Part shown: piece by piece, positions 29,870-37,964 of the stretch
Layout: each line of letters starts with the position of its first letter
Position numbering within the stretch: position 1 is the first letter of the stretch
Origin: Candidatus Eiseniibacteriota bacterium
Lineage (GTDB): Bacteria > Eisenbacteria > RBG-16-71-46 > DASYSL01
NCBI GenBank assembly: GCA_046598045.1
Contig: JBKJJJ010000087.1
Span: 1-37,964, forward strand
DNA: 37,964 nucleotides
Direction of reading: 5' to 3'
Program-made: the position numbers and the translations under genes
Notes under the pieces: generated by a model
Databases searched by the model: none
Told to the model about the DNA's origin: nothing
The model's input: the letters and a program-made list of their open reading frames with translations, nothing else

Positions 29870-31311
29870 GGCGCGCGGCGTTCGCCATGCGCGGGCGCAG
29901 CGGGCAATGCGCGCGCGAGCGCCAGCAGTTGCTCCTTGGTATTGAGCGCCGGGTCATCGAGGACGCGCTCGACCAGGGCATCGAGGATCGCCCCCACGCG
30001 CGGCCCCGGGACCAGGTCGAGCGCCTTCATCAACTCGTTGCCGTCGATCGCGAGTTCGCGCGTCGACAGCGGCGGCCGGGCCGCGAGCACTTCGTCGATG
30101 CGCGCGCGGAACGCGACGAGGTTGTCCAGGTTGGGCACGCCCTCGCGCGTGCCCGCGGCATCCGCGGCGCGTAGCGCGAACAGGTCGGCAAGGTTCGCCT
30201 CCCCCACGCGCTTGACGAACCGCCGCACCGCCGCGTCGGTCCACTCGGGCAGGTAGTCGAACAGGTGCTCGCGCACGAGGTGCACGATCGCCTCGCGCTC
30301 TGCGCGCGGCAACTTGAGCCGCGTCAGCATGGCGTCGGTGATCTCGGCCCCGACCTGCGGGTGACCGTGAAACGTCGCCTCGCCGTCCTCGCGCACGGCG
30401 CGCGTGGGCGGCTTGCCGAGGTCGTGCGCCAGCGCCGCCCAGCGCACGACCGCGTTCTCTCTCGGCGCAGCGTCGACCGCGCGCAGCGTGTGGCCATAGA
30501 CGTCGAACGCATGGTGGCGGTTCTGCGCCACGCCGACCGCGTCCGCAAGCTCGGGCAGGAGCAGCGCGAGCAGGCCGGAGGTGCGCAGCAGCTCGAACCC
30601 GATCGACGGCTTCTCGGCCGCGAGCATCTTCGCGAGTTCGTCCCGCACGCGCTCGGCGGACAGCTTCGGCACGAGGTCGGCCGCCGCCGCGAGCGCGGCT
30701 TCGGTCGTGGGCGCGAGCGCGAAGCCGAGCACGGCGGCGAGGCGCGCGCCGCGCACCGGCCGCAAGGCGTCCTCGCGGAAACGCTGTACCGGGTCCCCGA
30801 CGGCGCGCAGCAACCGCGCCTCGAGGTCGGCGAGTCCGCCCACCGCGTCGAGTACGAGACCGGAGGCCGGCTCATACACGAGCGCATTGACCGTGAAGTC
30901 GCGGCGCTCGAGGTCGGTCACCAGGTCGACGCCGAAGCGCACCTCGTCGGGCCGCCGCGCGTCGCTGTAGCCGTGATCCGTGCGGTAGCTCGTGATCTCG
31001 ATCGCCCCCATGGGATCGGGCAGCGTGACCGTGCCGTGCTCGATGCCCGTGGGCACCGCGCCCGGGAAGAGCGCCACCACCTGCTCAGGCGTCGCCGCCG
31101 TCGCGAGGTCCCACAGCCCGAAGACCTCGCGCCCAAGCAGCGCGTCGCGCACGCCGCCCCCCACCGCGACCGCCTCGTGTCCGGCGCCTGAGAGCCGGGC
31201 CAGAACGCGCGCCGCGTGCGCGGGGAACGCGGCGATCAGCGCCGCGGGTGCGGGAACAGTGGTGAAGCGCTCGGCATGGGCCCGCCAGGACGTCGGCGAC
31301 GGGTCGGTCAT
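29866..31311 (-). CDS. CCA tRNA nucleotidyltransferase / poly(A) polymerase family protein with HD domain
   Basis: VGGGVRDALLG, DLERRDFTVNA, RFREDALR, SAERVRDEL, QNRHHAFDVYGH, HDLGKP. Confidence 0.9.
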   Translation of the reverse strand: MTDPSPTSWRAHAERFTTVPAPAALIAAFPAHAARVLARLSGAGHEAVAVGGGVRDALLGREVFGLWDLATAATPEQVVALFPGAVPTGIEHGTVTLPDPMGAIEITSYRTDHGYSDARRPDEVRFGVDLVTDLERRDFTVNALVYEPASGLVLDAVGGLADLEARLLRAVGDPVQRFREDALRPVRGARLAAVLGFALAPTTEAALAAAADLVPKLSAERVRDELAKMLAAEKPSIGFELLRTSGLLALLLPELADAVGVAQNRHHAFDVYGHTLRAVDAAPRENAVVRWAALAHDLGKPPTRAVREDGEATFHGHPQVGAEITDAMLTRLKLPRAEREAIVHLVREHLFDYLPEWTDAAVRRFVKRVGEANLADLFALRAADAAGTREGVPNLDNLVAFRARIDEVLAARPPLSTRELAIDGNELMKALDLVPGPRVGAILDALVERVLDDPALNTKEQLLALARALPAAPAHGERRAP

Positions 31312-31362
31312 GCCGCGCAATGTACGCTGACGGAGGCCGCCGCGAAAGCGCGCAGCAGTGGC

Positions 31363-31977
31363 CTACCCGACCAGCAGCTCGACGGCGTCGAGCAAGTCGC
31401 GCTGGGAGAGTTTCTCGGCGCGCCACAGGCGGTCGAACACGAGGCGCGACCATACGCGCGGCCGGCCCCGCCGGGCGAAGGTGTGCCGGAACGCGGCCCA
31501 GCGCTCGCCCTTGCTCAGCGCGGGCTCGCCGCGGCGCGTCAGGCGCCCGTCGATCCACACGTTCCACGCCTCGTTGAACGGCGCCCAGCGCCCGCGCGGC
31601 ACGTCATTGGAGTCGATGCCATGGCGCAGCGCGTCGGCCACGTGCGAGAGCTCGTGCAGGAAGGTGGCGCGGGTCGTCCGGTCGGAATAGCGACGCGCGG
31701 GAACGTCGTCGTGCCTGAGGCCGCTGCGCGCGAGCGCCCGCCGGCCATCGGCGGTGAGGAAGTTTCCGAGGTCGACGTCGATGCGCAGCGCCACGCGACG
31801 ACCCTCGCGCCAGATCACCACCGCCTCGTCGGTCGCGATCGAAGGCCGCACGCTCACGATCACGCGGCCGAGCCGCCGCGACAGGCCGAGCCCGCGCGCG
31901 ACTTCGCGCAGCGCACGCTCAGCCCGCACGTGGTAGACGAAGCCTGCGGGCTCCCAACGGATGGTGAAGCGGCTCAT
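31363..31977 (-). CDS. Hypothetical Arg-rich protein with an HExxH (zincin-like) motif
   Basis: AGGAG RBS before ATG 31977; TFLHELSHVADAL...FNEAWNVWIDGRL. Confidence 0.65.
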   Translation of the reverse strand: MSRFTIRWEPAGFVYHVRAERALREVARGLGLSRRLGRVIVSVRPSIATDEAVVIWREGRRVALRIDVDLGNFLTADGRRALARSGLRHDDVPARRYSDRTTRATFLHELSHVADALRHGIDSNDVPRGRWAPFNEAWNVWIDGRLTRRGEPALSKGERWAAFRHTFARRGRPRVWSRLVFDRLWRAEKLSQRDLLDAVELLVG

Positions 31978-32057
31978 GTGGATCTCCTGGCGGGGTGCGG
32001 GTGGCAAGCGAAGGGTGGCCGGTGGTGCTACCAGGAGAGTCGTCTTCGTCGTGGGGG

Positions 32058-32492
32058 CTAGAAGGGTGGACCCTTTCCGCCCCCGGGCTTCGCGATGTCG
32101 GTGTTGCCTTTGCTCGTCCCGACCGCGACCACGAACGCGCCGGCAGCCAGGGCGCCCGCGCCCCATTTGCCGGTACGGCCCCAGTCGCGCTTCTTCTCCG
32201 ACAGGCTCGTGATGTTCGCCAGCGGCAGCCGGACGTCCGTGGTGACCTCGTCGATCATCGATTCCCCGTCGCCGCGGACCACGGTGCGTTGCTGGTAGCC
32301 GGTCCCGAACAGCGAATCAGCGGTGACGACCGCCCGATCGAACGCGTACTGTTCGCCGAGGTCGGTCCGGATGAGCACGTTCTTGCGAACCGGCACCGCG
32401 GCAAAGTCCGCCCGCGGCACCTGGACGAGGCTGGAGCATCCGCTGGCGGTGATGGACATCACGAGCGCCAGCAGGGACGACAGGACTTTCAC
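32058..32492 (-). CDS. Hypothetical lipoprotein (144 aa) with a C-terminal hydrophobic segment
   Basis: GAAGGAGG RBS, GTG start, signal MKVLSSLLALVMSITASGC with lipobox ASGC; C-terminal GAGALAAGAFVVAVG. Confidence 0.7.
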   Translation of the reverse strand: MKVLSSLLALVMSITASGCSSLVQVPRADFAAVPVRKNVLIRTDLGEQYAFDRAVVTADSLFGTGYQQRTVVRGDGESMIDEVTTDVRLPLANITSLSEKKRDWGRTGKWGAGALAAGAFVVAVGTSKGNTDIAKPGGGKGPPF

Positions 32493-32521
32493 GCTTCCTC
32501 CTTCGGAGACCCTCGAGGAGG

Positions 32522-32551
32522 AGTCTAGCAGGGCCCGGGGACGGGCACCAA
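32522..32551 (-). promoter_or_regulatory. Possible extended -10 promoter for the lipoprotein gene
   Basis: TTGGTG-N18-TAGACT; the same TGCTAGACTCC string occurs at 25818-25828. Confidence 0.35.
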
Positions 32552-32639
32552 GGCGCGCTGCCGGGCGCCCTCCCGGAGTTGACACTGTGCTGTAGAGCAA
32601 GGCCCCAATACCTTGTTCCACCAAGACTTGGAGAAGACC

Positions 32640-33677
32640 ATGAAGGTCCGAGAAATCCTGCGACAACTGGTGCTCTGCCCGTCTTCCGAGGGGGATGACG
32701 CCCGCCCCGTGCTGCGTCTGGCCGAGGAGATCGGCAAGGGCCTGGGCGCCAAGGCGACCCCCATCCCGAACGGCGACCGACCCGCCCTGTTGCTGTCCTG
32801 GGGCAAGCCCCGGCTCCTGTTCTCGGGGCACCTCGACACCGTGCCGGTCTCGGGCACGTGGAAGTCGAAGCTCGGCACCGAGAAGGGCGGCCGGCTCTAC
32901 GGACGCGGGACCACGGATATGAAGGCCGGCTGCGCGGCCATGCTCGCTGCGGCTGCCCGGCTCAGGGACCAGGGCGACTTCGGGATTCTGTTCACCACCG
33001 ACGAGGAAACCGTGATGGCCGGCGCCGAGGCGGCGGTCGCACGCGGCATGCTGGCGAACACCGAGCTCGTGATCATCGGCGAACCCACGGATCTCAGGCC
33101 GTGCCTGGGACAGAAGGGCGTCCTCCAGGTCGCGGTCACCACCGACGGTGCAAGCGGCCACGCCTCGATGCCGTGGGCCGGCACGAACGCGATCGGCCGC
33201 ATGGGCCGCCTGCTCGCCGCGCTCAAGCCGCTCGCCGGCGCAACGCCACGGCAATCGACGACCATGACCGCGAGCCCCGACGTGATCGAAGGCGGCGTCG
33301 CGATGAACGTGATCGCCGACCACTGCAAGCTCCAGCTCGACGTGCGCTACTCGCCGAAGCTCAGCGAGAAGCAGGCGATGGCGAAGCTCGAGGCGTTGCT
33401 CAAGCGCGCGCGCGTCCCCTATCGGCTCGAGCCCGTGCACCTGCTGAAGGCGCTCTCCTCCAAGCCCGGACCGGCGGCGCGGCGGCTCAAGAAGCTCGCG
33501 AAGCGCCCCTTCGGATTCTGCGACTTCGCGACCGAGGCGGCGTGTTTTGCGCCCACGGGCGCCGCGTTCCTCGTCCTTGGGCCCGGGCGGCCGCAGGACT
33601 GCCACATCACGGACGAGTCGATCGAGCTGCGCGCGGTCGATGAAGCGGTGAGGCTTTATGAGGCCGCGCTGGGGTAG
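32640..33677 (+). CDS. M20-family metallohydrolase (ArgE/DapE-like)
   Basis: SGHLDTVP, LYGRGTTDMKAG, TDEE, IGEPT, GHASMP, CHITDE; ATG 32640 with GGAG upstream. Confidence 0.9.
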   Translation: MKVREILRQLVLCPSSEGDDARPVLRLAEEIGKGLGAKATPIPNGDRPALLLSWGKPRLLFSGHLDTVPVSGTWKSKLGTEKGGRLYGRGTTDMKAGCAAMLAAAARLRDQGDFGILFTTDEETVMAGAEAAVARGMLANTELVIIGEPTDLRPCLGQKGVLQVAVTTDGASGHASMPWAGTNAIGRMGRLLAALKPLAGATPRQSTTMTASPDVIEGGVAMNVIADHCKLQLDVRYSPKLSEKQAMAKLEALLKRARVPYRLEPVHLLKALSSKPGPAARRLKKLAKRPFGFCDFATEAACFAPTGAAFLVLGPGRPQDCHITDESIELRAVDEAVRLYEAALG

Positions 33678-33681
33678 CGGG

Positions 33682-34117
33682 GAGCTGCCCCGGGGCAGCC
33701 TGGGCCTGGCTTCAACCTGCCCCGGGGCAGGTTCGACGAGCCCGCGCTTGCGCGTGGATCAGTTGCGCCGGCGCAAGTGCGATGGCTGTCCCTCGCACGG
33801 GAGCAACATGTCCCGGGACATGTTCGGCGAGCACAAACACGCATCCATCAACTTCCCCTGGGGCAGGTTCGACGATCGATCAACCTGCCTCGGGCATGTT
33901 CGGTCGCGCGGGATTCACGGGTCGAGGACTTGCGCCGGCGCAACAGAGAGTGGCGACGCACGTATCACCTCAGCTTGCCCCGGGGCAAGTTCGCACAGTA
34001 TGTACCCGCGCCGGGACAACTTGCGCCGGCGCAAGTGCGGTGAGCGCCGCGCGTGTCTCATCAACATGTCTCGGGGCATGTTCGACGACCAAACCACCTG
34101 CCCCGGGGCAGGTTGAA
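33682..34117. repeat. Array of 11 degenerate 20-bp palindromes (consensus AAC[C/T/A]TG[C/T][C/G]CCGG[G/C][G/A]CA[G/A/T]GTT) with non-repeating spacers
   Basis: Copies start at 33682, 33714, 33760, 33805, 33850, 33882, 33927, 33972, 34018, 34063 and 34095, giving periods of 32,46,45,45,32,45,45,46,45,32 bp. Lies between two convergent genes. Confidence 0.9.
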
Positions 34118-34130
34118 CGACCCGGAATTT

Positions 34131-36410
34131 CTACGGCCGACCGGGATCGTCCGTCGCCGGCTCCTTCGACAACGCGATGATCAGCCGGGTCAGCGACTCG
34201 AGATCCCGCAAGTCCGCCACCTCGACCGCCGAGTGCGAGTAGCGCAGTGGCCATGCGAGGGGCACGTTGATCGAGCCGCGCTCGGCGAACGGCACCCCGT
34301 CGTTGGCGCCCGCGGTCACGCCGTACTGGAGCGGGATGTCCTGAGCCTTCGCGAGCGCGAGCGTCGCGCGCACGGCCTCGATCGGCGCCTCGTGGCTGGT
34401 GTCGACCGCGCGCACCACCGCGCCCTGGCCGAGCTTCGCGTCGCCGTAGCGCTGGTCCTCGAGCGGCGAGTCGCTGGAGACGAAGGTGTCGACCGCGTGC
34501 ACGCGCTTGGGCAAGGCACCGGCCTTGAGCAGGCTGTCCGCGAGCCACTCGGCGCCCTTCAGGCCGATCTCCTCCTCGACCGACCAGACGAGCCAGACCG
34601 TGTTCGGGAGGCTCTTGCGGCGTGGCCAGAGCTCTTTCGCGGCCATGACGAGGGAGGCGCATCCGTAGCGGTCGTCGATTGCACGCGCGGAGACACGGTG
34701 GGCGCCGAGGCGGGCGATCTCGTGGGGGACGGTGATGTCGTAGCCGGCCTTGAGCCCCCGACCGACCTGAGTCGGACTCGGGTCGATCCGCAAGTCCTGT
34801 AGGTCGAACCGCGAACCCGGTCCAGCGGGCAGGCGGGGCGTATCGGACATTGGGTTTGCGATGATCGGACGCGGGCTCGACCTGGATCCTGCGCGCGGCG
34901 GGACGACAAGGGAGCCGGAACGAGGGTCTCCCGCCACCTGCCCCTCGTAGAGCCAATCGTAAAAACCGCCCTTCCGCTCCGCACGCCAGCGGCCGTCCGG
35001 ATCCATGGTCGTCAGCCGGTAACCGATCTCATCCTGGTGCGCGATGAACATGCGCTTCGGGTTGCCCTTTCCGAGCGCGAGGACGATGTTGCCGCGCGTA
35101 TCCACTTGCGCGAACCGGCCGAGGTCCGGTCCGAGTGCACGCAGCACCGCGCGCGCCACCTTCTCCTCGTGTTCGGAGACGCCGTACGCGAACAGCAGCG
35201 GCGCAAGGACCTTCATCGCGGCGGCGTGGGGCCGGGCGGGATCCTGCAACGGGTCCGAGGACCTGCCAAAACCTTCGGCGAACCACGGCGTGGCTTCCAG
35301 CCGCTCGCCTCCGAGCTCAATCTCGAACCCCCCCATCTCGGCGCCCGAGACCTGGATCGCCCGAGGGCCAACTAGAAACTGACTCCAGGACGGGTTCAGC
35401 CGGTTCGGAGCGATCTCAGCGTGCGTACCGAGGTAGGCGACGGGCAATCCCACGACGATCGTCGGCTTGCCGACCGCGGTCCACGCCCGGGCATCCGCCG
35501 AGGGAATTGAATGGAGCATTCGATAGCGCTCGCCTCCGCTCACAGACCAGGCAGTGGCCCACGATACGCTCGCGGCCTGCGCGGTATCCCCGGCGGCAAA
35601 ATAGACGGGCAGGTCATCGAACGAGGTACGCCAGAGACTGTCGGCTCCCGGTACGCCAAACGGCTCGAGCACGACCACGGAGTCGACGTCCGCAAACCGC
35701 CGGCGGAGCGCAAGACTGCCGCGCGCGCCCTCGCTGCCTCCCGCGACCCAGGCATAGGTGATGGATCCGGTGACGCCGGACGTGCCCCGGATGTTCGCGA
35801 CGACCGCGACCGCACTGCATGCGCGCTGGACGCCGGCGCCGGGTCCGGCCAGGGGAGGACTTCCCGGCGGCCCTCGTCTCAACCTCACGACCGGATCGAG
35901 CAGGGAGATACCCATGGCCGCGGCCTCGGCGTCCGAGCTGGCGCCGACATCGACCCATAGGTCGTCGACGGTCGCCTCGGGAACCGGGACATCCGCCCCG
36001 CGCCGAAAGTGCGTGCTCGGGCATGCCACGACGGCCGGGAGCGGGCCCGGCGTCGAGTACACGAGGACGCGCTGTCCGACCATGAACTGGTCCTGCAAGA
36101 GGGATGCGCCGCTTCCGAGACGCTGCAGCCGGAGAAAACCATCAGCTGTGATTTCCGACACGACATAGCCGGGAATATCGCGATGGGTCAGGAGCAGTCG
36201 ATGCGGGTGGCCCGATCCGCGAGTCACCCAGGCGTTTCCATAGGTGTCGACCTGGACGTCGCTCGGGAGGCGCTCGAGAAGGCCCCGGCTCGGCCGCCCC
36301 GACGGAAACATCGGCGGCACCGGCGAGCCCTCGCGCCCGGACCCGGCGAACAGCACCGCACCCGCACACAGCAAAGCGCCAACGACCGAACGCACCCAGG
36401 GCCGCCCCAT
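34131..36410 (-). CDS. Secreted tandem M42/M20-clan peptidase (degenerate N-terminal copy, intact C-terminal copy)
   Basis: Signal peptide. N-half LLTHRDIPGYVVSEITADGFLRL...DLWVDVGA. C-half IAHQDEIG, RAIDDRYG, VEEEIGLKGA, AVDTF, YSHSAVEV. Confidence 0.85.
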   Translation of the reverse strand: MGRPWVRSVVGALLCAGAVLFAGSGREGSPVPPMFPSGRPSRGLLERLPSDVQVDTYGNAWVTRGSGHPHRLLLTHRDIPGYVVSEITADGFLRLQRLGSGASLLQDQFMVGQRVLVYSTPGPLPAVVACPSTHFRRGADVPVPEATVDDLWVDVGASSDAEAAAMGISLLDPVVRLRRGPPGSPPLAGPGAGVQRACSAVAVVANIRGTSGVTGSITYAWVAGGSEGARGSLALRRRFADVDSVVVLEPFGVPGADSLWRTSFDDLPVYFAAGDTAQAASVSWATAWSVSGGERYRMLHSIPSADARAWTAVGKPTIVVGLPVAYLGTHAEIAPNRLNPSWSQFLVGPRAIQVSGAEMGGFEIELGGERLEATPWFAEGFGRSSDPLQDPARPHAAAMKVLAPLLFAYGVSEHEEKVARAVLRALGPDLGRFAQVDTRGNIVLALGKGNPKRMFIAHQDEIGYRLTTMDPDGRWRAERKGGFYDWLYEGQVAGDPRSGSLVVPPRAGSRSSPRPIIANPMSDTPRLPAGPGSRFDLQDLRIDPSPTQVGRGLKAGYDITVPHEIARLGAHRVSARAIDDRYGCASLVMAAKELWPRRKSLPNTVWLVWSVEEEIGLKGAEWLADSLLKAGALPKRVHAVDTFVSSDSPLEDQRYGDAKLGQGAVVRAVDTSHEAPIEAVRATLALAKAQDIPLQYGVTAGANDGVPFAERGSINVPLAWPLRYSHSAVEVADLRDLESLTRLIIALSKEPATDDPGRP

Positions 36411-36426
36411 GCCGTCTCCTTCCCGG

Positions 36427-37287
36427 CTAGAAAGCCGTCGTGATGTCCAGCAAGCCCTGGCCGCGGGCGCGGCGCTCGAGGCGCGAAAACACGAACATGC
36501 CGAACGCCAGCCACACCAGCACGACCACGAGGAAGATCGCCGACAGCTGCACGTCCGAAAACCGCGCGAGCAGCGGCGAGAACCCGACGACGCCCAGCGC
36601 CCGCCGCGACGCCTCGAGCCACCAGGTCATCGGCAGCGCGAGCGCGACGGGTTTGAGGAACGCGGGCAGGAGGTCGGGCGGGAACACGACGCCGCAAAAG
36701 AGATAGAGCACGGCCGAGACGCCCTCGTTCATCATCATGCTCTGGCGCGCGAAGACCAGCGACAGCCCCGCGAGCGTCAGGCCGACCCCGACGATTCCGA
36801 CCGCTCCCACCGCGAGCGCCGCGACCAGCGTCGTGAGCGAGAGCGCGGTGACATGGAACCGGAGCCCGAGCACGAGCATGCCGAAGCCGATCACGAGCAC
36901 CGCCGAGAGCGTCGCCAGCGCGAGCTTCGTGAGCGAGCGGCCGAGCAGGTAGGACACCAGCCCGAGCGGCGTCACGGCGACGTACTTGAGCATCTTGTAC
37001 TGCTCGCGGTCTTCGAACACCGCCCACGAGAGCCCGACCAGCAGCAGGACCACGAAGGCATAGAGTGCGTTCCCGAGGTAGATCGAGCTGAAGCGCGGGT
37101 CCGACACCGAGCCGCCGATCACCACCTTGTACATGGCGAGCAGGATGAGCGAGGTCGCGAGCGGGCGCGCCAGGACGTAGACCGCGAACACCATCGGATC
37201 AGACCAGTTGGATTCGATCTGGAGACCGAGCCACGCCGAGGCCCGGAGCGGCCGCAGGCGTTCGCGCAGCGAGATTGCAGTGGCCAT
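36427..37287 (-). CDS. ABC-2 type exporter permease
   Basis: Multi-TM protein with EDREQYKMLKY..VTP and FCGVVFPPDLLP...LPMTWWLEASR; coupled to the upstream permease. Confidence 0.85.
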   Translation of the reverse strand: MATAISLRERLRPLRASAWLGLQIESNWSDPMVFAVYVLARPLATSLILLAMYKVVIGGSVSDPRFSSIYLGNALYAFVVLLLVGLSWAVFEDREQYKMLKYVAVTPLGLVSYLLGRSLTKLALATLSAVLVIGFGMLVLGLRFHVTALSLTTLVAALAVGAVGIVGVGLTLAGLSLVFARQSMMMNEGVSAVLYLFCGVVFPPDLLPAFLKPVALALPMTWWLEASRRALGVVGFSPLLARFSDVQLSAIFLVVVLVWLAFGMFVFSRLERRARGQGLLDITTAF

Positions 37288-37964
37288 CACTGGTGCCTCA
37301 GGATGAGTGTGCCGAGTCGCTTGCCGCGGGCCTCGGTCCAGCGCAGCATGACGACCGCGAGCGCGATGTAGAAAAACAGCGAGCCCACGAGGATCCAGAC
37401 CTCGGCCCCGACCGACAGCAGCGGCCTCGCGAGCGCCGACCCGAGCAGGAGCTGGCGCATCGCGTCCAGGCCGACCGCGAGCGGCACCGTTCCGATCGCG
37501 CCCGCGACCCACGGCCCGAGCGCGCGGATCGGGAAGTACAGCCCGCTCGCGAGGTAGACCGGCTCCTCGAGCGCGTGCGCGAGGTGCCAGACTTCGCGCC
37601 CGTACATGAGGAACAGCGACGCCAGGCACATGCCGAGCGCGTAGAGCGAGCCGAGCGTGAGCAGGAAGACCCCGAGCGCGGTCCAGCCGTGCGTCAGGTC
37701 GAACGGGACCCGGAACACGAACAGCCCGAGCGCAAGCGCCGACAGGGCGCGCAGCGACGTCATGATCACGCCGCCGAACGCCATGCCCGAGAGGATCGCC
37801 ATGCGCGAGCACGGCGCCATGAGGTAGAACTCGAGGTTGCCGTCCTGCTTCTCCCAGTAGAACTGCGTGCCCATCGACCACAGGACGCCCAGCCAGTAGG
37901 CCATCATCACGCCCCCGAGCACGACGAACGCCTCGTAAGCGCGCGGCGCGCCGAGGGCGCGATA
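37287..37964 (-). CDS. ABC-2 type exporter permease, 5'-truncated by the window edge
   Basis: WEKQDGNLEFYLMAPCSR, ASGLYFPIRALG, GLDAMRQLL; the frame is open to the end of the window. Confidence 0.85.
   Translation of the reverse strand, partial: YRALGAPRAYEAFVVLGGVMMAYWLGVLWSMGTQFYWEKQDGNLEFYLMAPCSRMAILSGMAFGGVIMTSLRALSALALGLFVFRVPFDLTHGWTALGVFLLTLGSLYALGMCLASLFLMYGREVWHLAHALEEPVYLASGLYFPIRALGPWVAGAIGTVPLAVGLDAMRQLLLGSALARPLLSVGAEVWILVGSLFFYIALAVVMLRWTEARGKRLGTLILRHQ

Noticed and set aside
32579..32612. TTGACA upstream of the M20 gene as a -35 box
   Set aside because: No acceptable -10 hexamer 16-18 nt downstream.
33682..34117. Calling the array a canonical CRISPR
   Set aside because: The repeats are too divergent and fully palindromic, the 12-nt spacers are too short, and no leader or cas gene is visible.
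33656..34180. Short ORFs across the repeat array with recurring TCPGAG and LRRRK words
   Set aside because: The words are translations of the DNA palindrome. The 46- and 32-bp periods break the frame, so the repeat acts at the DNA or RNA level.

Overview
High-GC window from a diderm bacterium (it has bamA, lolCDE and lnt; an Eisenbacteria/Gemmatimonadota-like lineage is my guess, not shown by the sequence). Almost every real gene is on the minus strand, in tightly coupled operons with ATGA/GTGA overlaps. In transcription order (right to left): two ABC-2 permeases, a secreted tandem M42-type peptidase, an 11-copy palindromic repeat array, a plus-strand M20 (ArgE/DapE-like) hydrolase, a small lipoprotein, an HExxH protein, a CCA-adding-family/HD enzyme, polyprenyl synthase, rsfS, argS, a PfkB kinase, a conserved hypothetical gene, an unannotated 45-aa peptide with three DGK(G/A)GW repeats, a membrane HD-GYP phosphodiesterase, purM, a sensor-less sigma54 activator, a Gfo/Idh/MocA oxidoreductase, lnt, asd, ecfT, truA, htrA, purB, purL, purQ, a tandem PurS-like gene, purF, lysS, lolC/E, lolD, mcsA, mcsB, clpC and partial bamA. 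The best candidates for undescribed biology are (1) the hypothetical / repeat-peptide / membrane HD-GYP cassette at 23230-25848, which looks like a peptide-signalling system linked to cyclic dinucleotides, and (2) the regularly spaced array of covarying 20-bp palindromes with unique spacers at 33682-34117. Most long plus-strand ORFs in the track are antisense shadows. No database searches were run.
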